From Candidatus Cloacimonadales bacterium (GTDB lineage: Bacteria > Cloacimonadota > Cloacimonadia > Cloacimonadales > JAIOQZ01): a stretch of DNA of 64,000 nucleotides. Both the position numbers and the translations under genes were made by a program. Below are positions 17,804 through 26,894 of this stretch, one piece after another (positions within the stretch are counted from its first letter, which is position 1; each line of letters opens with the position of its first letter). Location: NCBI GenBank assembly GCA_963662655.2, contig CAXXTU010000002.1:2400001-2464000 (forward strand). The letters run 5' to 3'. The notes under the pieces are model-generated. The model was not told the DNA's origin. It did not search any database and was given only the letters and a program-made list of their open reading frames with translations.

Positions 17804-18979
17804 CTAATCATCCGCGTGAAACTTCTCGAGGAACTGAAGCCAGCCACTTGAGCTAAAGTGAAGGTTCTCGTAGTCCGTCTTGAGATTATCGAGAATGACG
17901 GGATTGTCGGGGAACCATATCGTGCCGGTGGCCACGACGCTGTCCGGACAATTGTATTGATCGCTATGATAGAACAAATCGTCGATGTTCAGAAGGACCT
18001 CGTCGACATCCTGAATGAGGCCCGGAACGGTTGCCTGCTTTCTCAGTTCCGTGAAGAACTGCCTGATATCGATATCTTGCATCACCGAGCCGTACTCGTC
18101 GCAGCTCTCTCGTGCAAACATGAATGGCGCAGTGTTCGCGGAATCTATCCAGGTTTTGACAAACTGATTGATCCTGTATTTCAGTGTGTAGTAGTCTTCG
18201 TTGTAAGCTGCCGAGCACATGATTTTAAGATTGCTTCCTTCCTGGCTACCGCCCGGACGATACGAATCGACGTACTGGTCGACGATTGCCGAAGCGATGT
18301 CGCGGGAACTCGAATTGGAATTCCAGATTTCCAGGACTTCCTTGAATGGAAAGCCATCCCACGGGATTTCTTCTTCAGATCCGATGATGTAATCCGCTTT
18401 TCCGGCTGTCTCCCCGATCACCTCGACACCCTGCATCAGGCAGGCATCGAAAATGAGGATGTCCATCTTGTTCAACAGAGCTACCATCGCTCGTTCCAAG
18501 TCCCCGTTCCGGACGCCGATCTCGTTGTTGCTCTCATCATCGAAACAGATATCGCGCTGGGCCCCGTCACGGTACCAGGAATCTCCGTGCGACCAGATGA
18601 TCAGCGCGTAGTTCCTTGCAGGATAGCTTCGGATTGTAGAATTCACGAATCCACTCAGCTCGCCCCAATCTCCGCTATCGATCTCGCCGAGGGTGCTGAT
18701 CACATCCGATTTGATTTCCGGTGATTCATCATGTAGAATCCGGTATTTTTTTGCCCGTGAGTCTTCACTGTAAATACTCCAGTCCACGAGCGCGATGACT
18801 CGAACATCTTCCGTGAAAACGGCAGATTCCATCTCGTTGATATCGACAACTGCCTGCTCGGAGAGGTTGTTGTCCGCCGCCATGTATACCATGACAGTCC
18901 AATCGGAGACGCGCCTGTTGTCGTCATCGCATGCCGCGAGAAGAAGCAATACACACAGTAATATCAAAATCTGTTTCAC
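17804..18979 (-). CDS. clostripain-family (C11) cysteine peptidase lipoprotein
   Basis: Lipobox LAAC, WTVMVYMAADNNL, IIWSHGDSW (catalytic His), FDACLM (catalytic Cys); GTG start after GGAGG. Confidence 0.9.
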   Translation of the reverse strand: MKQILILLCVLLLLAACDDDNRRVSDWTVMVYMAADNNLSEQAVVDINEMESAVFTEDVRVIALVDWSIYSEDSRAKKYRILHDESPEIKSDVISTLGEIDSGDWGELSGFVNSTIRSYPARNYALIIWSHGDSWYRDGAQRDICFDDESNNEIGVRNGDLERAMVALLNKMDILIFDACLMQGVEVIGETAGKADYIIGSEEEIPWDGFPFKEVLEIWNSNSSSRDIASAIVDQYVDSYRPGGSQEGSNLKIMCSAAYNEDYYTLKYRINQFVKTWIDSANTAPFMFARESCDEYGSVMQDIDIRQFFTELRKQATVPGLIQDVDEVLLNIDDLFYHSDQYNCPDSVVATGTIWFPDNPVILDNLKTDYENLHFSSSGWLQFLEKFHADD

Positions 18980-19152
18980 AGTTCCTCCATGAATTTCACA
19001 TTCAAGAATCCGCAAGCATGTGTCAAGAATTCATGTTAACGAACCTGTCAAATGAGCCGTACTCGCAAGATTAATTTGTTTTTTCCTTGTCAGGAGAAGC
19101 ATTATCGATGGTAATGTCAATAATGATACGCACCAGGATGGAAACAGATTAT

Positions 19153-20697
19153 ATGAATAAAGAATTGCGTGACTCGGCGTTAGAGGCTGTGAGAGATCAT
19201 CTTCTGACAGCTCGGAACTATAAAGGCAACAAGCAGTTCGACGATGCAATCCATGCATTCTCGCAAGCCTGGGAAATTGCTAAGAATAATCGGCTGTTCG
19301 ATGAAATGCAAGAGATGATTCCCTCTTTCGCTTCGGCGTATTACGAATCGAATCGCTTCGAGGATGCAATCGAATTTCACTACGAAGTTCTCCAGTTTGC
19401 TATCGAACAAGAAGACGTAAGCCTGCAAGCAAGGATGTACACCGGACTCGGAGCCCTTCACTGGCAATTGCGAGAGTTCGAGAAATCGTACGAAGTCCTT
19501 CTCAAAGGGAAAGAGGCATGCGAGGCCACAAACGATGACGAGATGCTGCTCAACGTCCTTTCCAACCTCGCGCTGGTTCAGGCTTCTATCAACAACTACG
19601 AGCAGAGTCTCGCATACTACCGGCAAGCGTTTGCGCTGGCTGAAAAACTGGACGATCCCGATATCATCATGACCGCCTGCCTCAACTTGCAGGGCTTGTA
19701 CTACAACATGGGAGATTACAAGCGATCGAGAGACTTTGGCGAAAAGGGATTGAAAATTGCCCGAAAAGAGAAGAATGAGACTGCGATTTCCGGATTCGTC
19801 AACAACATGGGAAACATACACACGAAGCTCGGAGAGCACGAAGATGCACTTATGTGCTACCAGGAAGCTCTTGCACTCCTGGATGAGCGATATTCCAAGA
19901 AAAACTGGCTTGCGAACTCCTATCTGAACGTCGGACTTGCTCTGGTCAATCTCAAACGGCACGATGAGGGCGAGCCATACCTCCTCAAGGCGATCCAGAT
20001 CAGCAAGCTGGAACCAAAGCTTTGCCAGGAATCTCTGGCGCGTGCCGAAGGGAACCTGACAGATATCTTCATCCACCGCAATCAATACGATGAGGCGGAG
20101 AAAATTCTCGAGAAACTCATTCCGAATCTGGACAACCTCGATCTGGGTAAGAACCGCCTGCACTTCATGCGCTCGTACGCCGAAATACTTTTGAAACAGA
20201 AGAAGTACGACAAAGCCTTCGAGATATACAACCTCGCTCTGGATAAGACCATCGAGCAGTATGACGAGAAGCTGGCAGAGGAATTGGCCAAAACACAGAT
20301 TCTGTTCGATCACGACATCAAGGTTCGAGAGGCGAATCTGCTACGCCAGAAGAACATGGAGCTCGAGAAGAAAAACAACGAGCTGGAAGAAGCCCTCGAA
20401 TCACTGAATAAAGCGCACGAAACGATCCGTGAGCTCGAGCGCAGGAACACGATTTACGCCATGTCCGTCACAACCAACCACGAACTCAGCCAACCCCTCA
20501 TGATCATCCGGGGAAACCTGGATATGCTGATCAACAGCGACGCATTGGATCCAAAGAAGCAACACCATTACATCAAAAGGATTTCGGAAGGAATCGAGCG
20601 AATCGAAAAAATCCTCTTGAAATACAGAACCGCCGAGCGCAGCACGATGGATCACTACAGCGAGAACACACCCATGGTGAAGTTCGAGGAGCCGTAG
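19153..20697 (+). CDS. TPR-repeat protein with C-terminal HisKA dimerisation domain
   Basis: Multiple TPRs (NNMGNIHTKLGEHEDALMCYQEAL), coiled coil, TTNHELSQPLMIIRGNLDML H-box; start uncertain (19087-19153). Confidence 0.8.
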   Translation: MNKELRDSALEAVRDHLLTARNYKGNKQFDDAIHAFSQAWEIAKNNRLFDEMQEMIPSFASAYYESNRFEDAIEFHYEVLQFAIEQEDVSLQARMYTGLGALHWQLREFEKSYEVLLKGKEACEATNDDEMLLNVLSNLALVQASINNYEQSLAYYRQAFALAEKLDDPDIIMTACLNLQGLYYNMGDYKRSRDFGEKGLKIARKEKNETAISGFVNNMGNIHTKLGEHEDALMCYQEALALLDERYSKKNWLANSYLNVGLALVNLKRHDEGEPYLLKAIQISKLEPKLCQESLARAEGNLTDIFIHRNQYDEAEKILEKLIPNLDNLDLGKNRLHFMRSYAEILLKQKKYDKAFEIYNLALDKTIEQYDEKLAEELAKTQILFDHDIKVREANLLRQKNMELEKKNNELEEALESLNKAHETIRELERRNTIYAMSVTTNHELSQPLMIIRGNLDMLINSDALDPKKQHHYIKRISEGIERIEKILLKYRTAERSTMDHYSENTPMVKFEEP

Positions 20698-20766
20698 ATT
20701 TATTCTTGAGTCATAATCATTTTATTGACACAATAAAGAGATAAACGTTTTTTATCAAAGAAAGAG

Positions 20767-21696
20767 GTGCATGTGATTTCAATACGTGATCTGACGAAAC
20801 GTTTTGGCGATATCACCGCTCTCGACGAGGTGACCCTCGAGATCGGGACCGGTGAAACATTCGGATTGCTGGGACCCAATGGAGCTGGAAAAACGACGCT
20901 CATCAATATACTGTGCGCTTATCTGTCGCAGGATTCCGGCGAGATATCGATCAACGGCCTGGGCCTTCCCGGCAGCGAAAGCAAGATCAAGCAGCTCCTG
21001 GGAATCGTTCCGCAGGAAGTCTCCCTGTACGAAGACCTCTCCGCGTACGAAAACCTGATCTTCTGGGGGAAGTTATACGGGCTTTCCAGGAATCCGCTTA
21101 AGGATCGCGCGGAGCAACTCCTGAAGGCAATGGGGCTTTGGGATCGCCGCAAAGACGCCGTCAAACGCTACTCGGGCGGAATGAAGCGAAGGATCAACAT
21201 CGCTGCGGGAATCATCCACGACCCTCCGATCATATTCTTCGACGAACCAACGGTGGGGGTCGATCCGCAGTCTCGCAATTTCATCTTCGAGATCATCGAA
21301 GAGATGCACAGGCAAGGCAAGACCATTATATACACCTCACATTACATGGAAGAAGTCGAGCGTCTCTGCACGCGCGTGGGCATCATCGACCACGGGAATC
21401 TGATCGCGCTCGGAACGCGCCAGGAGCTTTATAAAGAGCTTGGCGAAGACGACCACATCAAGATAAGGCTCAGGAATCCGATTTCTGCCGGCGATCTTGA
21501 AAACTCGCTGGGAATCAGCGTTTCAACCACTGGCGAGACGAACCTCCTGCTGCATGGAAAGAACCTGATCGGAAAGCTTTCGCTGATATTGAACACGCTT
21601 GAGCAGATGAACGCCGAGCTGGATGAAGTCAACATTGTTCAGCCCAATCTGGAGCAGGTTTTCCTGACTCTTACGGGAAGGGAGTTACGCGAATGA
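20767..21696 (+). CDS. ABC-2 transporter ATP-binding protein
   Basis: GPNGAGKTT, YSGGMKRR, FFDEPTVGVD. Confidence 0.93.
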   Translation: MHVISIRDLTKRFGDITALDEVTLEIGTGETFGLLGPNGAGKTTLINILCAYLSQDSGEISINGLGLPGSESKIKQLLGIVPQEVSLYEDLSAYENLIFWGKLYGLSRNPLKDRAEQLLKAMGLWDRRKDAVKRYSGGMKRRINIAAGIIHDPPIIFFDEPTVGVDPQSRNFIFEIIEEMHRQGKTIIYTSHYMEEVERLCTRVGIIDHGNLIALGTRQELYKELGEDDHIKIRLRNPISAGDLENSLGISVSTTGETNLLLHGKNLIGKLSLILNTLEQMNAELDEVNIVQPNLEQVFLTLTGRELRE

Positions 21697-23021
21697 GACT
21701 GTGGGCGCTGATTCAAAAAGACATCCGCATTTTCCTGAAGCATCCCGGAGCGCTGCTCCTCACGTTCATCGTTCCGATGGTTATCACGCTTATTTTCGGC
21801 ATGGTGTTCGGAGGCTTCGGCAGCAGTTCTTCCGGCATTAAAGGCATTCTGGTCGTTGGCGTTGACGAAGACCAGAGCGAGTACTCGAAGAAGCTGATGA
21901 AGTCGATTGGTGACCTGGAGGAAATCAGGCTGCAAACCGAGTACACCAAGAATGACTCCACTTTCTTTTACACAACCGATCTGATGAACGAGCATATCAA
22001 GAAAGGGAAGCGGCATATAGGTATACGGATCGCAAAGGGATTCCAGGACAGCATTAAAACTGGACTCAGGCCGCACGTCGTCATTCACTACGATCCAAAG
22101 TTTCCCATCGAGCAGGGAATCGTCAACGGGCTGTTGCAGAGAACCGTTTTCATGCAAATGCCCGACCTGATGCAGGAGCAGCTCTTCAAGCAAGCCGACG
22201 AATATCTGGGAGTCGAGCGCGGACAGGGATTTCGCACTGATCTGCTGAGCACCTTGCAAGATTACTTCGGAACGGAAGTGAGATCGCTTGAAATTCCCAC
22301 GACCAGCTCGTTCACCGAATCCGATTCTGCCGAGGCGGAAGGGGAAAGGTTCGGAATGGGAGATATCGCCCCCATACGGATCCGATCGCACCAGCTTCTG
22401 GGCGTGGATGTGGAAAACCCGATGTTTGCTCAATCTGTAGCCGGAGTGGCGGTCATGTTCCTGCTGTTCTCCGTTAGCGGGGCTGCGTCCTCGCTTCTGG
22501 CGGAGAAAAGCGACGGAACGATCAAGCGTCTGATGATCTCTCCCGCTCAAAGCAGTGAGATTCTCTGGAGCAAGGCCATCTTCATCATGCTGATCGGTAT
22601 ATTCCAATTGGTCGTTATGTTCCTCTTCGGATGGATCGTGTTCAAGCTGGATATCTTCAAGGATGTACCGGCCCTGCTGGTCATGATTTTCTCTACCGCG
22701 ATCTCCTGCTCAACGCTTGGAATGCTGCTTGCCGCAGCGTGCAAGAGTCAGAAGCAGGTCGACGAGCTTTCAACGCTCCTGATTCTGGGAATGAGCGCTC
22801 TGGGCGGATCGATGTTCCCGAGCTTCATCATCCCTTCCTACCTGCAAGTCATTGGAAGATTCACACTCAACCACTGGGCGATGGCAGGTTTTACCAATAT
22901 CTTCTGGCGCGATATGACGCTGGTCGACATCCTCCCGCAAGCTGGCGTTTTAATAGGAGCGTCCGTTGTCTTCCTCGCGATCGCACACTGGCTCTTCAAG
23001 AAGAAGCTGTTCACAGACTGA
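21693..23021 (+). CDS. ABC-2 transporter permease
   Basis: N-terminal TM, large periplasmic loop, EKSDGTIKRLMISP, several C-terminal TMs. Confidence 0.9.
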   Translation: MRLWALIQKDIRIFLKHPGALLLTFIVPMVITLIFGMVFGGFGSSSSGIKGILVVGVDEDQSEYSKKLMKSIGDLEEIRLQTEYTKNDSTFFYTTDLMNEHIKKGKRHIGIRIAKGFQDSIKTGLRPHVVIHYDPKFPIEQGIVNGLLQRTVFMQMPDLMQEQLFKQADEYLGVERGQGFRTDLLSTLQDYFGTEVRSLEIPTTSSFTESDSAEAEGERFGMGDIAPIRIRSHQLLGVDVENPMFAQSVAGVAVMFLLFSVSGAASSLLAEKSDGTIKRLMISPAQSSEILWSKAIFIMLIGIFQLVVMFLFGWIVFKLDIFKDVPALLVMIFSTAISCSTLGMLLAAACKSQKQVDELSTLLILGMSALGGSMFPSFIIPSYLQVIGRFTLNHWAMAGFTNIFWRDMTLVDILPQAGVLIGASVVFLAIAHWLFKKKLFTD

Positions 23022-23031
23022 TAGCCTAAAT

Positions 23032-23165
23032 GCTGAGGCGTGAGTAGATTGGTTTGATCGCTACTCCCAGCATGGTGTTACACGTCATTTTTTCGCGTTC
23101 GATAGTCCAGATGACGTGTTATATCCATGTTGGGAGTAGCGATCGAGCGAAGGTACCACGCCGGT
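23032..23165 (+). ncRNA. rod-like structured repeat element, copy A
   Basis: Long imperfect hairpin homologous to 35118-35304 with compensatory changes. Confidence 0.6.
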
Positions 23166-23184
23166 CTGAAGCCGTTAGACAATA

Positions 23185-23213
23185 GAAAAACGGCAGCCCT
23201 GCGACTGCCGTTT
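23185..23213 (-). terminator. intrinsic terminator
   Basis: AAACGGCAG...CTGCCGTTT stem with a T run on the minus strand, after the stop at 23233. Confidence 0.7.
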
Positions 23214-23232
23214 ATAACACCTGCTTGAAGTA

Positions 23233-24483
23233 TCATTTCATCAGAACCATTTTCCGGACAATCTGTTCCCCCCCGGTATTCATAACTGCGAAATAGACAC
23301 CGCTCGAGACCTTTGCTTCCCAAGTTATAGTGTGAGCGCCCATTTCTTTATGACCGTTAAATAGAGTCTCTACTTTCTGTCCGCGAATGTTGTAGATATC
23401 CAGTGTTACATGGCTATCGGATGCAAGCGTGAATGCGATATTCGTGGTTGGATTGAAGGGATTGGGATAAACGGAAACACGCGTCTCTACAACGGGGACA
23501 TCCCCGTCGTCAACAGCCGCGCCATAACCGTAGGTCAGCTTGATCGCAGGTTCCCAGCTCCTGCCATCGACCCATTCGTCCGAATAGACTTCGACAATGT
23601 TGTTGTGTTCATCGTAGTTATAGGTCGATTGATATGCGTCGTACCACGCAGTTCCATCCCAGTTTTTCTCGAGAGTTCCGGTTGGCACGCCGCCATCCCA
23701 GGTGTAGTATGTCAGCTCCTCATTGTTCCACGCACCTTCATGATAAATCTGGTACAGGCATTCGGTCATGTATCCGCCGGAGTATGTATAATCTTCCTGC
23801 TGAAAGTCGATCCACTGAGTGGTTCCCCATTCCCACTCTTCTTCAAGCCAATACGTCGGATTGGAACCATCGTACTGGACGGTCTCACGTGTCGTATTCT
23901 CCCAAACATCATCGATTATGCTTTCATACACGATCTGCGTGAGGTTGTCGCCCGACCAGGAGATGGTAGCGCGCTCCTCTTCCATCCAATCGGTAATGAC
24001 ATTGACTTCCATCAGCATGGAGACGATGTGGCCGTCTTCCCAAGTATAGAACTCGCGTGTGTTATCCATGGTCTGCTCCATCATGGTGATGGTGCTGGAC
24101 ATTCCAACGAGCATTTGATCCTGATGCTCGTAAGTGTATTCCATCGTTATCGTTTGCTCTTGCACGGTCATGGTCATCGTATAAACAAGTGGAACACCGC
24201 GGGAGTATGTTACCGTTGCCGAAGACACCTGCTGATATTCGCTGTTAACCGGATTCCAGCGATACTCCACCGTGTTGGTGTACTGAAGCTCTTTGGCGAC
24301 GTTGTACATACCAATCGTGTAAGGAAGATATTGGAAAAAGAGCATGTTGAAATCAGTCCGCTCCAAAACGGTTTGCTGCAAATTGCGCGCTGCTTGCTCG
24401 GCACAATCGTTGGCCTCTTGAATTGAGATTGCGTGTAACGAAAGCAATGCAAAAAGAAAGATGAGAATCGTAATTTTTTTCAT
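23233..24483 (-). CDS. secreted beta-repeat protein with FlgD-Ig/T9SS-like C-terminal domain
   Basis: Signal peptide, ~26-aa W..x..YTY.G repeats, VYPNPFNPTTNIAF...YNIRGQKV...KMVLMK. Confidence 0.8.
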   Translation of the reverse strand: MKKITILIFLFALLSLHAISIQEANDCAEQAARNLQQTVLERTDFNMLFFQYLPYTIGMYNVAKELQYTNTVEYRWNPVNSEYQQVSSATVTYSRGVPLVYTMTMTVQEQTITMEYTYEHQDQMLVGMSSTITMMEQTMDNTREFYTWEDGHIVSMLMEVNVITDWMEEERATISWSGDNLTQIVYESIIDDVWENTTRETVQYDGSNPTYWLEEEWEWGTTQWIDFQQEDYTYSGGYMTECLYQIYHEGAWNNEELTYYTWDGGVPTGTLEKNWDGTAWYDAYQSTYNYDEHNNIVEVYSDEWVDGRSWEPAIKLTYGYGAAVDDGDVPVVETRVSVYPNPFNPTTNIAFTLASDSHVTLDIYNIRGQKVETLFNGHKEMGAHTITWEAKVSSGVYFAVMNTGGEQIVRKMVLMK

Positions 24484-24612
24484 GGTTTTCTCCTTGTTCT
24501 TATGTATGCTGATTAATTTTAACAGCTCATGAGCATGACAGTCAAGAAAAAAAATCTCAAACCCATTTAAATGAAATGATTTACAATTTTTGCGCCTTTT
24601 TGGGGGAAATCC

Positions 24613-25857
24613 CTATTTCATCAAAACCAGTTTTTTGGTCACCCGCTCGGTTCCCGAATTCAACACAACAAAGTAGACCCCGCTCGATGTCTTCGCATCC
24701 CAAGTCATGCTGTGGATTCCCGCTTTCATATACCCATCGTAGAGCTTCTCCACCTTCTGTCCGCGGATATTGTAAACATCCAGCGTGACACGGCTGTCTG
24801 ACGCGAGGGAAAAGCTGATGTTCGTGCTGGGATTGAATGGATTGGGATACACGGAAACATCTGTTTTCACCGCAGACACATCCTCGCCGTCAACTGCTTC
24901 GCCATAATGGTAGACATACTTCCCGGAATTCACCCATTCGCGACCTTCTATCCATACTTGCGAGATCACATAGCTCAGCTCATTATCCACGGCATAGTAC
25001 GTGACGTACATATCTTCGATCCAGACTGTTCCATCCCACTCATATTCCATGTGGTTGGAGGGCAAACCGTCAGCCCACTGGTATTCGACCCTGTAATCGT
25101 TCACCCACTGAGAATTGTCCCACATCTGACCAAGTTCCTCTGTCAGCGTATCGCCGGAATACGTGTACGCTTCCTGTTCGTCATTGCCCCAGCTCGCGCC
25201 ATCCCAATACTGCCTGGTGTAATGCATGGGGTCGGAACCAGAATATTCCCAGACCTCCAGACAGTCATTATCCCACTGCTCATCTGTATTCCAAGACTGC
25301 TCGAGCACCTGCGTCACATTGTCGCCAACCCAGGTCACATCCTGCTGGTAGTCATTCTCCCACTGGACAATGAGATTACCCTCCGCCAACAAATGAATCC
25401 AATGTTCGCCATCATAGGAGTACGTTTCCCGCAACATGTCCATCATCTGACCCGTCATATCGTGGCTTATCACCAGACCGGTCACTTTGTCACCCGTCGT
25501 CGTAAAGGTATACATCATGGTGAATTCCATACCCTGGATACTCATCGACTGGGTGAATACGGTTGGATAATCGCCATCGTAGTCGATGTTCAATTCACTG
25601 ATCAAGCTCCAGTCCGCGAGGTCCGTGTCCCATGCGTACTGCAACATCTGGGTGTAATGCATCTCACGGGCTTGATGGTAGAGCATCAATGTGTATGGAT
25701 AAACGTTGATAAACAAGTGGGTGTAATCGTTTCGAAACGACATTCCATCGACAAGCGCCTTCTGCGATTGTCGATAACATGCCTTCATCTCTTGCTGCGA
25801 TAACGCGCCCAGAAGCACTGTGCAAAGCAGTAAAACAAGCACAAATCCTCTCTTCAT
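24613..25857 (-). CDS. paralog of 23233-24483, secreted beta-repeat protein with C-terminal domain
   Basis: Same architecture and repeats; VYPNPFNPSTNISFSL...KKLVLMK. Confidence 0.8.
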   Translation of the reverse strand: MKRGFVLVLLLCTVLLGALSQQEMKACYRQSQKALVDGMSFRNDYTHLFINVYPYTLMLYHQAREMHYTQMLQYAWDTDLADWSLISELNIDYDGDYPTVFTQSMSIQGMEFTMMYTFTTTGDKVTGLVISHDMTGQMMDMLRETYSYDGEHWIHLLAEGNLIVQWENDYQQDVTWVGDNVTQVLEQSWNTDEQWDNDCLEVWEYSGSDPMHYTRQYWDGASWGNDEQEAYTYSGDTLTEELGQMWDNSQWVNDYRVEYQWADGLPSNHMEYEWDGTVWIEDMYVTYYAVDNELSYVISQVWIEGREWVNSGKYVYHYGEAVDGEDVSAVKTDVSVYPNPFNPSTNISFSLASDSRVTLDVYNIRGQKVEKLYDGYMKAGIHSMTWDAKTSSGVYFVVLNSGTERVTKKLVLMK

Positions 25858-26024
25858 ACGATCTCCTTATGTTTGTATGCAGCGATAATGTAATCAATTC
25901 CGCGCGAAAGCGTCTTTTTTTATTGCATCCCATTCAGTTTTTTGCTGAGCATACTGCTACTTTTGAGATTGTATTGTTCTTCCATAGGATTGTTGTTTGC
26001 GTTTGTAGTACATCACCGGAAACG

Positions 26025-26208
26025 GGAAACTATTTTTTGCACGTCAGTTCCCATTTTCGTGTTCTGATTCTTCTCATTAGTCAAAAATAATGACAGCCAC
26101 ATATCTTACTATCATACGATTAGTTATAAACTGTTTGATATGCCAATGTTCTCTTACGAAAACAGAAAAAACTTGCCAAAGGAAACTAACGATACTAAAA
26201 TAGTTTCC
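26025..26208. promoter_or_regulatory. two TetR-type operators and a sigma70 promoter
   Basis: GGAAACTA-N12-TAGTTTCC at 26181-26208 overlaps TTGCCA-N17-TAAAAT; second copy GGAAACTA-N12-CAGTTCCC at 26025-26052. Confidence 0.65.
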
Positions 26209-26256
26209 GTATTCTTGATAACGTGATTTGCTTCAACAAAAAAATGGATTAGGATT

Positions 26257-26892
26257 ATGGTGAAAGACAGAATTATCCAGAGAGCCAAAGAGCTATTTCT
26301 CAAGTTTAATTACTCCCGCGTAACCGTGGACGAAATCTCGAACGACTTGGGAATCAGTAAGAAGACCCTGTATAAATATTTTCCGAGCAAAGAGAAGCTG
26401 TTGTTTCAGGTTCTTAACATGATGTTCAAGACCATCGAGAAGGAGGTTATGGATATTGTCGATAACAAGGACAAGGAATACCTCGACCGACTGATCGACA
26501 TCATGGCTTTCATGGGCGAGAAGACGACCCTCTTTCAATCACCGCTGGTGAAAGAGATACAGAAAAGGTTCCCCGACCTGTGGGCCGAAATCAATCGATT
26601 CCGAAAAGACAAAATACGCATATATATGGGAAAAATCCTTCAGGAGGGTATATGGAAAGGTGTTTTTCGCGAGGACACCAACATTGACCTCCTCATTCAC
26701 ATCTACTACAATCTTGCTTTAACGTCGATCAACCCGGAATTCCTGGCGGAACACGCCGTAACGGCCAACCAGGTATTTGATGAGATCATAACCATCCTTT
26801 TCGAAGGTGTTCTCACGGATGAGGGGAGAGAGCACGTGAAGGAGATTCGAAAGGGAATAACAAGCAGATTCAATATTGATAAGGAGATATAA
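26257..26892 (+). CDS. TetR/AcrR family transcriptional regulator
   Basis: ELFLKFNYSRVTVDEISNDLGISKKTLYKYFPSKEKL helix-turn-helix. Confidence 0.93.
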   Translation: MVKDRIIQRAKELFLKFNYSRVTVDEISNDLGISKKTLYKYFPSKEKLLFQVLNMMFKTIEKEVMDIVDNKDKEYLDRLIDIMAFMGEKTTLFQSPLVKEIQKRFPDLWAEINRFRKDKIRIYMGKILQEGIWKGVFREDTNIDLLIHIYYNLALTSINPEFLAEHAVTANQVFDEIITILFEGVLTDEGREHVKEIRKGITSRFNIDKEI

Positions 26893-26894
26893 TC

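Noticed and set aside
23032..23165. Lysine riboswitch (GAGGCG...AGTA...GAAGG...CGCCG) or hairpin ribozyme (GTGGTATAT in copy B)
   Set aside because: AGTA covaries as a paired segment (AGCA/TGC in copy B), no P3-P5 arms or lysine genes follow, and the AGAAA strand of hairpin-ribozyme loop B is absent
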